A DNA stretch of 64,000 nt from Gekko japonicus (taxonomy: Eukaryota). Shown here piece after piece: positions 12,122-23,169 of the stretch (position 1 is the first letter of the stretch; each line of letters begins with the position of its first letter). The position numbers and the translations under genes were made by a program. The notes beneath the pieces are model-generated. The model did not search any database. It saw only the letters and a program-made list of their open reading frames with translations, and was not told the DNA's origin. The stretch covers positions 62,001 through 126,000 of the forward strand of contig NW_015169277.1 of NCBI RefSeq assembly GCF_001447785.1. Direction: 5' to 3'.

Positions 12122-12825
12122 TTGTTTTCATGGTAAGCACCTGGTTTATTTTGTAGCGAAGCCTTTCTAGAGCACATTATTCAAGACATGGGTATTCCCA
12201 AAAAGACGTTATGGAAGCAGCACTGGTGAATCTGGACAAACTTCACAAAAATCTGAGGCGCTGGTTTAAAAAAAAACACACAACAAAAAACACACCATGA
12301 GACACTGAGTTTTCCCCCCTTTAAAACCAGGGATTTTGTTTTAAGGTGAAAAATATACCATCCATCTCACTTACTCTGAGGTTTGGTCTCTTCTGCAGTG
12401 CGTCCAAAAAGAACATGGAACCGTTTTTGCCCATTCAGAGCAAGGGTGATGCCAATCCAAGAAGCACTGCCCTCATTCTCAACTGGCTTCATTTGCCCTA
12501 CATGACATTGTGATACAGCCAATCTGACTGGCTACATCATCTTGCAGCATTCATCATGGCCACTATCTGCCTAATGTATTTTAACGCTGCTTTTCCTCCA
12601 AGGAGCTCCAGGAAGCATACAAGGTTCTCTTTTTCCATTCCAGTCTAACAGCCCTTTGAGGAAGGGGTAAGCTAAGAAAACATGACTGCCCCCAAGCTCA
12701 CCAAGCAAGCTTCACAGCGCTGTAGGGATTTAAATCCAAGTCTCCCAGATCTTAGCCTGATGCTCTAACTGCTACACTATGCTGACCCAATACTAGATGA
12801 TCCCCAATAGGTTGTGATTACGGAA

Positions 12826-13070
12826 AAAGAAGAGATTAGATTTATACCTCACCCTTCACTACCTGAAGGAGTCTCAGAGCAGCTTACAATCCCTGGGAGG
12901 TAAGTGGGGCTGAGAGAGCTCTGAGAGAACTGCCTTTGAGAGAACAGCTCTGAGAGAACTTATGACTGACCCAAGGTCACACCAGCAGCTGCATATGGAG
13001 GAGTGGGGAATCAAACCCAGTTCTCCCAGATTACAGTCCACCCTCTTAACCCCTACACCAAACTGGCTCC
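12826..13070 (-). mobile_element. Squam3-type tRNA SINE
   Basis: Reverse complement of the Squam3 head and body; an older CORE-like SINE lies adjacent at ~12580-12790. Confidence 0.85.
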
Positions 13071-13569
13071 AAGTGCTCAAACTTGGAATGAGTGAAGCAG
13101 AGTGAGTGAATGAGTGTGTTTGGGAGGGACGATGGTGTGGAAGCCGCAGGACGAGAACTCCACACCTGTGAACATCAGTAAAATGGTAGGAGGGTGCTTC
13201 AGGTAGAAATTTTGACCTGCCCAAAGGTCATCTTTCAATCCAAAGGCAGCAACGGGTGACCGCCCCAAGAGAGCTCTACCATTGCTCCGTCTGAGAATCA
13301 GTCAGAAGCACCATCAGTGGGAAAAGATGGATCCGCAACATTTGCCCTTGCCCACAAACTCATTGGCACAGTCATTACAAACGAGGACGGGATTCAAGGC
13401 ATTCTGAATCAGATTCACCTCTGTCCTATGGTGGAAATGACATAAACACCTATGGAGAATGAGAGCAAAACTGAAAGTCCCTTAGTGAACTCTACGGATG
13501 AAAACTAAATTCTGCTGAAACAGATGAGTGGACAATCACATCCATAGCATGCCATGGGCAGTTCTTTGG

Positions 13570-13706
13570 GCCAGCCTGATCCCATCAGATCTCAGAAGCT
13601 AAGCAGGGTCAGCCTTGGTTATTATTTGGAAGGGCAACCACCAAGGCATACCAGGGTCATGACACAGAGGCAGGCAACGGCAAACCACCTCTGAAATGTC
13701 TCTTAC
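13570..13706 (+). mobile_element. 5S rRNA-derived SINE
   Basis: GATCTCAGAAGCTAAGCAGGGTCAGCCTTGGTT... matches the 5S internal promoter region, followed by family body GCAGGCAACGGCAAACCACCTCTG. Confidence 0.75.
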
Positions 13707-13740
13707 CTTTAAAAAAAGTATCGCTCACCACCTAGTGGTA

Positions 13741-14092
13741 AAAGTAAAGGTAAAGGTTCCCTTGCTCGAAAGCCAGTCGAATCAGACTCTAGGGTTGCGG
13801 TGCTCATCTCCGTTTCAAAGCCGAAGAGCCAGCGCTGTCCGAAGACGTTTCCGTGGTCATGTGGCCGGCATGATTAAACACCAAGGCGCACGGAACGCTG
13901 TTACCTCCCCAATGAAGTGGTACCTATTTATCTACTTGCAATTTCTTGCTTTCGAGCTGCTAGGTTGGCAGGAGCTGGCACTAGAGATGGGAGCTCACTC
14001 CGTCATGCGGCACCCAGGTCTCGAACTGCTGAACTACCGATCTTCCACAGCCTGCAGTTCAGCGTCTTAACCACTTGAGCCACCGCAGCTCC
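13741..14092 (-). mobile_element. Sauria SINE (Squam1), full length
   Basis: Near-identical to 1454-1802; TSD CCACCTAGTGGTA at 13728-13740 and 14095-14107. Confidence 0.92.
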
Positions 14093-14421
14093 ATCCACCT
14101 AGTGGTACATAATGCTAAAGAGCTAGAACTTCCTGGCTGCCAGACTATCTTAGGATCTCCTGGCTCTTCTACACACAAAGGCCATACAATGATTATTATT
14201 ACCATGCCAGCAATTCTCAGTGCCTTCCCCCTACCCCTGGAAAGTGTGGGTGCAATGGGGATGAGGTGCCAGGCCGGTGCAAATGGCAGGCGCCAGCTGG
14301 TCTCAGGCGCCAAAGTCGACTGGCCACATTCATCATTCCTTCTAGGCAATCTTGACCAAAAATGCTTGTACCCTTGAGTGTTTCTGGCTTTTGCAGATTC
14401 AGAGATTTTGAACTTTTCAAC

Positions 14422-14620
14422 ACAGCTGCCTTACACCGATTCAGACACCTGGTCTATCAAGGTCATTACTGCTTGACTTCACCGGCAGCAGCTCTCCAGG
14501 GTCTCAGGCGGGGGACTTTCCCATCACCAACTACCTGATCTTTTTAACTGGAGATGCTGGGGATTGAACCTCCGACCGTCTGCATACAAAGCAGAGGCTC
14601 CACCAGGGAGCCACAGCCCC
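14422..14620 (-). mobile_element. Squam2-type SINE
   Basis: Reverse-complement tRNA head (GGGCTGTGGCTC...GGTTCAATCCCCAGCATCTCCAGTT) and body. Confidence 0.75.
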
Positions 14621-14974
14621 CCGCCCTATAATTCTGTAGAAACTAGACGACACGACTGCGGAGGCAGCTACAAAAGAGGATGAAACTGATATTATAACGA
14701 CATGCTCTCAAACTTGGAAGTGACAGAGGAGAGCACAGGGAATACGGCTGCAAGAGAGAGGAGGACGCACAGGACTGGATTATGTTTAACACTAGATTGC
14801 TTTTACCATCACAAAATACACAGAGACCTGAAGTGCTTTAAATACATGCTCCGGCACATCAGTACCAAAAGTACATATGTACAGACTGTGAAGAAGTGCG
14901 CAATTCTCTGTAGGATCTGTCAAGATAGTAAGAACTTTTCTTTTGGTATTTTTGCATTTGCATTTGCATTTGCG

Positions 14975-15192
14975 TGTGTGTGTGTGTGTGTGTGTCTGTG
15001 CCTGGAAGTTGTGATGGTGACTCCTACTGGGGCATGGAGGACATTCAGAAAAGTGGCTCGATCACCTGCCTTTGGCCTTCTGGCCCTGGTATTCTCTGGA
15101 GGTCTCCCTTCCAAGTTCTTACCAGGGTCAGCCCTGCTTAGCTTCTGAGATCTGATGAGATCGGGCTTGCCTGGGCTGTCCAGGTCAGGGCA
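14975..15192 (-). mobile_element. 5S rRNA-derived SINE with (CA)n tail
   Basis: Reverse complement contains GCCCGATCTCATCAGATCTCAGAAGCTAAGCAGGG (5S-like). Confidence 0.75.
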
Positions 15193-15994
15193 AGACAGTA
15201 AGAACTTCTTGATGAACAGCAGTTAAGAAGACTGAAAAGGAAGTGTTCTCTGCCATTTTTTTTTGTATAGATATTTTTATTGTTATTATTATTATCGTTC
15301 TGATTATACATTTTCATATTCCATTATACTCTAACAGGTTTTCCCCGTCCTCCCCCCCTCCCTCCAGTCTATTATTTTTAGTCTTTTTCTCTCAGCCAGG
15401 GGCATAGTGTTTGGAGCTTCCACTGAACGTCNNNNNNNNNNNNNNNNNNGAGGCCAAAGGCAGAGGACACAAGGTATATATTTTTTAAAAATACACTGGG
15501 AAAGAGGAGTGAGAGAGAATAAAACCCAGACTCTGGTGGTAGCTGCCACCAAAACGCTATTCAAACCTGCAGTGCCAATCAGATCTCCAGTGTCCAATCA
15601 GAAGCCCTGCTGGGCAGCAGCCCCGCCTGGCCTTGTTCACTTTCTAAAAACACTCAGTGAGCGCCAGGAAAGGTGGGGGTGGGTGCCACGGTGCCAAAAA
15701 CCATCACGTGGGGGGGGCATCCCTGTGCTGGGGCACGAGCCAAATGTGAGAACCTGTCACCAGGCAAACAATCTGAAGACGAATTCCTCACCATGTTCCA
15801 AACAACAGCAAAATGGTCCACTGGTGCCACCGGTGTTCTAGCGATCACAACTGTCAAGTCCGGTGTCTCTGGAGATACGAGCCAGTTGATGCAAGCAAGG
15901 CTGATGACAGGCAAATGTGGGTGGGACGGGACTGAGCAGGTTTCCTTTTCAGTAAATAAATCACCCAGCATGTATTTTCCTTCCCATTCGGCAC

Positions 15995-16622
15995 CAGATC
16001 CACCTTCCAGGTGGGGCCCAGAGACCTCTTGAAATTACAACTTGTTCTTCAGACAGACTACAGACATCAGTCCCCCCAGGGCTATTTTTGGGCAGGAACG
16101 CACAGGAATGGAGTTCCGGCTGGCTCCCGAGTTGGCCACGCCCAGCAAGAACACATTAGCATAACAGGCCACACCCAACAGCAGGAACTCATTAGAATTG
16201 GCTACATTAGGGGTGTGTGGCCTAACATGCAAAGGAGTTCCTGCTACAAAAAAAGCCCCGGATTTTGACCACAAACAAGGTAAACAGAATAAGAAGCAAA
16301 AGGTGGGTGTGGCTGGATGACCACACATCTGGTAACATGGGGGTGTGGCCTAATGTGCTAATGAGCTGTGCTGGCAGGGGTGTGGCCCAATATGCTAATG
16401 AGTTCCTGCTGTTGGGTGTGGCCTATTATGCTAATGAGTTCCTGCTGGGCTTTTTCTACAAAAAGAGCTCTGAGTCCCCCCTGGAAAAAATGGCTGCTTT
16501 GGAGGGTGGAGTCTATATGGCACTGTACCCTGCTATGGTCCCTCTCCATCCCCAAACCCCACCTTCCCCAGTCTCCACCCCCCAGATCTCCAGGAATTTC
16601 CCACCTGGAGCTGGCAACCCTA
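15995..16622. mobile_element. hAT-like MITE (TAGGGTTGCC-type end) carrying a nested insertion
   Basis: Ends ...GGAGCTGGCAACCCTA; an uninterrupted homolog lies at 40542-40790. Confidence 0.65.
16077..16472. mobile_element. hAT MITE (CAGGGCT-type TIR) nested in the previous element
   Basis: 8-bp TSD AGTCCCCC at 16069-16076 and 16473-16480; the site is single-copy in the 40542 homolog; internal CTCATTAGCAT/GGCCACACCC repeats. Confidence 0.75.
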
Positions 16623-16783
16623 GGAAGCATGTGAGATTTTACCAAATTTTAAATGAAGTTCAAGACCCAACCTAAGCATTAGAATCTGTACACCTAAAGA
16701 TGGTCAAAGGGTTGCTTTCAAAAAATACATGAAGGCTGAGCTTACACTGGGGCCGTTTGGCAAGGTCTGGCCAAGATGGCAGA

Positions 16784-17117
16784 GGGAATGATATCCTGCC
16801 CACCAACCAGTTTGCCCAGTGAGCAGGTCTACTTTCAGGCAGGGGACATTGTCAGCCCTCAGCGCTCATACCCAGAACCCGGATCTGTGCAAAACCCTGG
16901 TTTCTTTAAGGTCAACCTACCATCTCAACATAAAAAAAACTAAGATCATGGGGAATGATATCCTGCCCACCAACCAGTTTGCCCAGTGAGCAGGTCTACT
17001 TTCAGGCAGGGGACATTGTCAGCCCTCAGCGCTCATACCCAGAACCCGGATCTGTGCAAAACCCTGGTTTCTTTAAGGTCAACCTACCATCTCAACATAA
17101 AAAAAACTAAGATCATG
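16784..17117. repeat. exact 167-bp tandem duplication spanning the BovB 5' junction
   Basis: 16784-16950 identical to 16951-17117. Confidence 0.95.
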
Positions 17118-17773
17118 GCATCCGCCCCCATCACTCCTTGGCAAATAGAAGGGGAAGTCATGGAAGTAGTGACAGACTTCACGTTCCTGGGATCCCAGAT
17201 CACCACAGACTGTGACAGCAGCCATGAAATTAAAAGACGCCTGCTCCTTGGGAGGAAAGCGATGGCGAACCTAAGCAGCATCATAAAAAGTAGAGACATC
17301 ACCCTGCCAACAAAAGTCCGCATGGTCAAAGCAATGGTATTCCCAGTAGTCATGTATGGCTGCGAGAGTTGGACTATAAGGAAGGCCGAGCGCAGAAGAA
17401 TAGATTCTTTTGAACTATGGTGCTGGAGAAGACTCTTGAGAGTCCCTTGGACTGCAAAAAGATCAAATCAGTCAATCCTAAAAGAAATCAACCCTGACTG
17501 TTCCCTGGAAGGCCAGAGAATGAAGCTGAAGCTCAAATACTTTGGCCACCCAATGAGAAGGAGCACTCACTGGAGAAGACCCTGATGCTGGGAAAGACTG
17601 AAGGTCAAAGAAGACGGGGACGGCAAAGGATGAGAGGGTTAGACAGTGTCAGCGATGCAACGAACATGAAATTGAGCCAACTTCAGAGGACGGCAGAAGA
17701 CAGGAGGGCCTGGCGTGATCTTGTCCATGGGGTCGCGAAGAGTCGGACTCAACTGCGCGACTGAACAACAAAA
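17085..17773 (+). mobile_element. BovB (RTE) LINE, 5'-truncated, frameshifted
   Basis: LNIKKTKIMAS...FLGSQIT...EIKRRLLLGRKAM...VVMYGCESWT...FELWCWRRLLRVPWT; 1-nt frameshift near 17560; tail GGGGTCGCGAAGAGTCGGACTCAACTGCGCGACTGAACAACAAAA. Confidence 0.95.
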
Positions 17774-17819
17774 CCATTCCCGTAATAAGCTTTGTCCACT
17801 TTCTGAAAAGTTCAGAGTT

Positions 17820-18660
17820 TGCCAAGAGAGGTAGCGGTGGACATCTTTTTGGGGGAACCGTGCTCTAAGGTGTGTGGGGTGCCGAGGGAAGTATTAACTT
17901 GGGTCACGTTTCCCTGGACTCTTCCAGTCAGTGACCTCATCAGTGCTAACAGGTTCTCCTCCACCCTCCTGCCTCATCTGCATGTGAACAATTTGCTCGG
18001 GGGCTTCCGAGAATGTGCCGGTTGCGCAGCCCTTGGCTTGTTCTCTTCTTAGCCCACACAGACGCCGTTTGCCACAAGGCCAGGAGACTTTCTGGAACCA
18101 CGCATGCAAATGCGCCACACGGCGAGAGACAGGCCCGTCCGGTCCTCCCTCTGGATTGAGGTCACCCTGCGAGGAGGGTAGGGGCGTGCCGCTTCGCCGT
18201 GGGGAGGCAGAGGAAGGAGTTGTTATGATCTGGCTGGAAGCCACCTCAGAAGTGCCCGGCAGGAGAGGTAAATATTAACTCAGGAGTTCAGGCAGGCTGT
18301 GCAGGATCCGGAATGATTCACTGTGGACGAAGCCGGGGGCCGGGGAAAGTTCACTCTCGGGAGCTGGTTTGTGTTCCTTCACCCCTTTCGGGGTGGGAAC
18401 AGGAGCCCCGCCCGGTTGGCATGAGGGCCACCCTCCACTTCACACCTTTTAATTGCATCCAACCGGCATCGCTGTGCTTTATTTGGGATTCCGAAACCGG
18501 CACCCTCTGCAGAAAGACCGGAGGCACACTTTGGAAACCGGGACGTACCTTTGCCTTCTGCAAAAGCTAGCTGCCCCATTTCAGTGGCAGGTCACTGTGT
18601 CGGGCGTGATCCGTAGGCACGGGAAGAGGCCGAACGAGTCCTTCAAGAGTACGGAATTGT
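17820..18660. promoter_or_regulatory. CpG-enriched non-repeat segment, possible promoter/CpG island
   Basis: Visibly high GC and CpG relative to flanks; octamer ATGCAAAT ~18104; GC box CCCCGCCC ~18406; no repeat homology seen. Confidence 0.35.
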
Positions 18661-18691
18661 GGGATTGGTGGGCTTTTGTTGAATGGGTGGT

Positions 18692-18868
18692 GCAAAGTGC
18701 CATCTAGTTGGCAGCTGACTTACGGCGACTCCATTGGGTTTTCGAGGCAAGTGGTGAAACAGGGATGGTTTGCCGTTCCCTGCTCTCTGTAGCAGCTCTG
18801 GCCTTTCTTGGTGGTTTCCCGTGCAAGTACGAACCAGGGCCGACTCTGCTTAGCATCTGAGACCAGAT
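18692..18868 (-). mobile_element. 5S rRNA-derived SINE
   Basis: Reverse complement TCAGATGCTAAGCAGAGTCGGCCCTGGTTCGTACTTGCACGGGAAACC (5S-like) plus RTE-type tail. Confidence 0.75.
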
Positions 18869-19344
18869 TAAGAGGCCCAGAAATATGACTCTGTCCTTTC
18901 ACACCTAGCGTGTAGTGATAGGATTTTTTTATCGTCCACTCTGTCAAAAAAAGATGCCTTAAAATTAACATTAGTTGGAGGGGAAGGGAGAGGAAAAGCA
19001 GATGCATGCACACACATACAGTTGGGGTGCTGGCATGCACCGTTAAAGTGAGGAGGTAACAACATAGCATTCATACGGGGCTCTGAAATGGAAAGTGCTT
19101 CAGAGATGCAGTCAGATGCCATGACAAACAGAAGTTTGCCAAGGATGGGCATGAACTTGCTGCCATGCTGATGTGCTTCTCTCAATTCCCCCCCCACCCC
19201 AATACACACATGGTGCTCCAGGGGCACAGGTACTATCTTCAGATCCTACCATATGAGATGTTGAGGTCAAACACTACCAGGAGAAGATTGCTAGCATCTG
19301 GCTGACTACCACTAGGAAGCCAAATGCTAGGCCAGATAGACCAC

Positions 19345-19521
19345 TGGATTTGATTTAGTAAGCCACTTTTGTAGATGCTCCTATTGTTGTTTCCCTGGAT
19401 TTGTTGGGTTTGATATAGCAAGCTGCCTTTGTAGATGCGCCTATTGTTGTTTCCCTAGATTTGTTGGGTTTGATCTAGCAAGCTGCCTTTGTAGATGCTC
19501 CTATTGTTGTTTCCCTGGATT
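19345..19521. repeat. 60-bp minisatellite, ~3 units
   Basis: GTAGATGCTCCTATTGTTGTTTCCCTGGATT recurs every 60 bp. Confidence 0.9.
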
Positions 19522-19664
19522 CGTTCCTGAGTTCCTCTGGCTCAGTTAACTCCAGGCCATAAATACATCCACAAACAAAGTAAACTAAGGCCAGAGTTGC
19601 ACCCCACAGTTTTCCAAAGCAATATTTTGCAAATGTGATGAGATTTGCAGATGGAATTAATAAA

Positions 19665-19878
19665 GGGTCAGACCATGGCTGAGTGGTAGAGCATTTTCTT
19701 GCCTTTCAGAAGATCCCAGGTTCAACCTCTGATACCTGCAGGTAAGAAGATCAGGTCGTAGGTGATGTGAAAGATCTCTGCCTGAGACCTTGTAGAGCTG
19801 TTGCCAGTTAGAGTAGACAATACTACCTTGAATAGACCAAAGGTGTGACTTAGGATAAGGCAGCTTTATGCGTGTTCA
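19665..19878 (+). mobile_element. Squam2-type SINE
   Basis: TGGCTGAGTGGTAGAGC...GGTTCAACC...GGTGATGTGAAAGA...GAGTAGACAATACT...ATAAGGCAGCTT. Confidence 0.75.
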
Positions 19879-20074
19879 ATATTTTGATGAATCCAGAAAA
19901 TGCACCCTAGATTTCAATGGGCCCACAGACTCCTCTAGTTGTGCAAGAGCATACACAAATAACTAGCTACCATGAGACATTTCAGCACATCAGCTTTCCT
20001 ATGATGTAGTTAAAAGACCAATCTAAGAGTGTAGTAGCTTGAGGTATTGGCTTGTTAAGACTTGGAGGAATATA

Positions 20075-20503
20075 GGCCCTTTCCACAATAGACCTTTAAT
20101 CCTGGTTCAATGCTGTCTCCTACTAGCTGTTCTGCACTGTTTATCCCAGATTTTTCATCAATTTTGCATTATATTCTGGTCACCCCAGATTCAGACCTGG
20201 ACGTTGCCCCTGAGTATATGGATCCTGTTTTGCTGTGGGCTTTCCCTCATTCTGGAATGGCTCTCGTGCAGATTTAAGTGTGGAATTTTTAACTTGGTTT
20301 CGATCCTCCCCACCCCTTTCCTGCCATATCTAGGATATTAAACCTGGGTGTACTGTTCACAATGCAGAATTTATAACCCAGCGTAGGCAAGCAAATTGGA
20401 GCGAGACAAAATTAGTGCGGAAAACAACAGATAAACAGAGATAACGGCAAAGCAAATGGCCGCGAGAGAAAACCTGGATTGAGGTCCAAGTGCAGAAAGG
20501 GCC
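20075..20503. mobile_element. PIF/Harbinger-type MITE
   Basis: TIR GGCCCTTTCCAC...GCAGAAAGGGCC with 3-bp TSD ATA. Confidence 0.75.
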
Positions 20504-20904
20504 ATAATCAGTTATTTTTCTCCCTGCAGTGGAGGTAACATAAATCGCAAGTTATAAAAATGTAGATTAATACAGGCTGCATCAATGTTTGGATTTTGTA
20601 ACTGGGTAGCTGGTGCACTGTTCTGTCCCTAGAATGGAATGACCTAAGTCAACAAGAGCCTTACTGGGTGTTTTTTTAACAAGAGTACCATTGGGGAGAG
20701 TCTTTTAACCCATGTAACAAAACTCTGAGTCCCAGTTAGAGCACAACAAGACACTGAAAGTCAACTAAACAGATTCCCGGCTATATCCAGCTATATCTGT
20801 ATAACCATTTATAGAACCATGAGTGGATACTATGCTTTTCTTTGTGTCACAAAAACTTGGAGGCTTCTATCAATAATACAGGTCACTGGTTCTTTGTGAA
20901 GTAA

Positions 20905-20940
<36 letters not shown>

Positions 20941-21246
20941 AAGAGAGNNNNNNNNNNNNNNNNNNNNNNNNNNNNNNNNNNNNNNNNNNNNNNNNNNNNN
21001 NNNNNNNNNNNNNNNNNNNNNNNNNNNNNNNNNNNNNNNNNNNNNNNNNNNNNNNNNNNNNNNNNNNNNNNNNNNNNNNNNNNNNNNNNNNNNNNNNNNN
21101 NNNNNNNNNNNNNNNNNNNNNNNNNNNNNNNNNNNNNNNNNNNNNNNNNNNNNNNNNNNNNNNNNNNNNNNNNNNNNNNNNNNNNNNNNNNNNNNNNNNN
21201 NNNNNNNNNNNNNNNNNNNNNNNNNNNNNNNNNNNGATAAGAGTGG

Positions 21247-21298
<52 letters not shown>
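20905..21298. repeat. (GT)n(GA)n microsatellites flanking assembly gap 20948-21235
   Basis: Seen directly. Confidence 0.95.
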
Positions 21299-21301
<3 letters not shown>

Positions 21302-21302
21302 T

Positions 21303-21965
21303 TAAGTGACATCAAGTTGCTCCCAACTTATGGTGACCCTATGAATTAATGTCCTCCAAAACGTCCTATCGTTAACAGGCTTGTTCGGGTCTTGCAAACT
21401 GAGGGCCTTTGTGGCTTCCTTGATTGAGTCAGTCCATATCAGGTTGGGTCTTCCTCTTTTCCTGCGGCCTTCCACTTTCTATAGCATGATTGTCTTTTCC
21501 AGCAACTCTTGCTTGGTGTAGTGGTTTGGTGTAGAGCCAGTTCAATGTAGTGGTTAAGTGCACAGACTCTAATCTGGGAGAACCGGGTTTGATTCCCCAC
21601 TCCTCCACTTGCACCTGCTGGATGACCTTGGGCAAGCCACAGTTCTGTCAGAGGTGTTCTTTTAAAAGAGCAGTTTCTGTCAGAGCTCTCTCAGCCTCAC
21701 CAGCCTCACAGGGAAAGGAGTTTGTAAGCCGCTCTGAGACTCCTTTGGGTAGTGAAGGGTGAGGTATAAATCTAATCTCTTCTTCTTGTCTCCTCATAAT
21801 GTGACCAAAGTATGATAGCCTCCAGTTTGGTCACAGCCTTGGTTCAGTCATCTGATCTTCTAGGGAGAGTTCAGGCCAGAACCCACTTATTTGTCTTTTT
21901 GGCAGTCCACGCTATCTATAAAAATCTCCAACGCTGCATTTTGAAGGAATCAACTTCCTTCCTGC
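21303..21965 (-). mobile_element. RTE-clade LINE 3' fragment (distinct from the BovB copy), interrupted by Squam3
   Basis: Minus-strand remnants WTAKKTNKWVL / YFGHIMR / LLEKTIML.KVEGRRKRGRP; tail GGGTCACCATAAGTTGGGAGCAACTTGATGTCAC. Confidence 0.75.
21513..21787 (+). mobile_element. Squam3-type SINE inserted in the RTE fragment
   Basis: Squam3 head and body; flanks rejoin the RTE sequence. Confidence 0.85.
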
Positions 21966-22871
21966 CAGAAGGAAGTTCTTCTATTACAGTTTAAAATTCA
22001 CAGATGAATATTTAAACCTCTCCTCAAGCATCGAGTTGTCTCTCCCCAAGCACTTTCAATGATCATGCTTTTAAAAAGTTATTGTTTAAAAAGCTGTTAG
22101 TTGGAGCCTGTGCAAGTTTTCTGCAAATGGCAGTATTTTCTTCTGATGCAAGGAACTCTGCAGCAGCGGAAGACCCTCTTGTGCCAGCAGGGAAGCAAGC
22201 AGAAACATTTTCACAGGAGCCCGTGTGTTTGAATTACATGGGTCACTTCCCCTCTATTTTTCTTTTAGTCTCATCCTGCAGTCTCTGCCCTGGGGCTTTT
22301 TCTGGTGGAGAGAACCAGCATGCAATTCTCCCTGCCATCTACCTTTGCAGCAGGCTATGCAACAATAGCTCCACACAAAAAACTAATCTAGAACAGGTGC
22401 AATTTCCATCTGATGAAGGCAGCCCTGAAAAGAAATTCCTAAATACATTTTCTAAATCTCAGTATAAGCGTGCAGCATGACGACAACGATACAACCGTTT
22501 AGCATCATTCTTAATTATGGAAAACTTTTAAGTGATGCTGCTTATTTTAACTGGGATCCATGAGCAGTGCAGTGGGTGTGTGCTTCTTTCAAACAAACAG
22601 CAATAGGTAAGAAATCTTAGAAGTGTACATAACTGCGATGGGACAGCATGGCCAATCTCAACCTAGCTGTGGCGCCAAGCATCTTTTGCAAAGTGAATCA
22701 GATGGGTCTATCGTGCCTATCTGCCAAAACCCTTTGATTAATGAAAAAAGAAAGATAAAACCTTGCTCCGTAGGCAACACTTGAATGTAACTGTGCAGCA
22801 GCCACAGTGTCAATAGAACAGAGATTAGCCTATGTCCAGACAATCTCATATAATACTGTCCAATAACTCTT

Positions 22872-23169
22872 GTTTGGTGTAGTGGTTAAGTGTGTGGACT
22901 CTAATCTGGGAGAACCGGGTTTGATTCCCCACTCCTCCACTTGCACCTGCTGATGTGACCTTGGGTCAGTCACAAGCTCTGGCACAGCTGTCCTTGAAAA
23001 AGAGCAGTTTGTGTCACGAGTTCTCTCAGCCCCACCCATCTCAGAGGGTGTCTGTTGTGGGGAGGGGAAGGGAAAGGAGTTTGTAAGCCGCTCTGAGACT
23101 CCCTTGGGTAGTGAAGGGCGGGGTATAAATCCAGTCTCCTCCTCCTCCTCCTCCTCCTCCTCCTCCTCC
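22872..23169 (+). mobile_element. Squam3-type SINE with (CCT)n tail running into gap 23170-23599
   Basis: Full-length head and body. Confidence 0.9.

Larger units (their letters stand above)
8745..12497 (-). other. candidate spliced transcript (exon-like 12497-12375, 9890-9825, from 8822); lncRNA or 67-aa micropeptide
   Basis: GTAAG donors after 12375 and 9825; ttctttcaacAG and tttttaacttcAG acceptors; phase-0 joins give MGKNGSMFFLDALQKRPNLR/DRLPELKPTWWETSKTAIYGSV/TRWTDSKEKDVIVGMQTRPSEQLFY*; no homolog recognised. Confidence 0.25.

Noticed and set aside
13570-13660. 5S rRNA and tRNA genes
   Set aside because: All 5S- and tRNA-like segments are diverged SINE heads continuing into family bodies; no intact gene with a terminator
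16986-17585. 199-aa ORF as a host gene
   Set aside because: C-terminal fragment of a truncated, frameshifted BovB ORF
19345-19521. CRISPR-like regular repeats (also 11455-11940 and 52760-52805)
   Set aside because: Head-to-tail minisatellites without unique spacers, in vertebrate DNA with no cas genes
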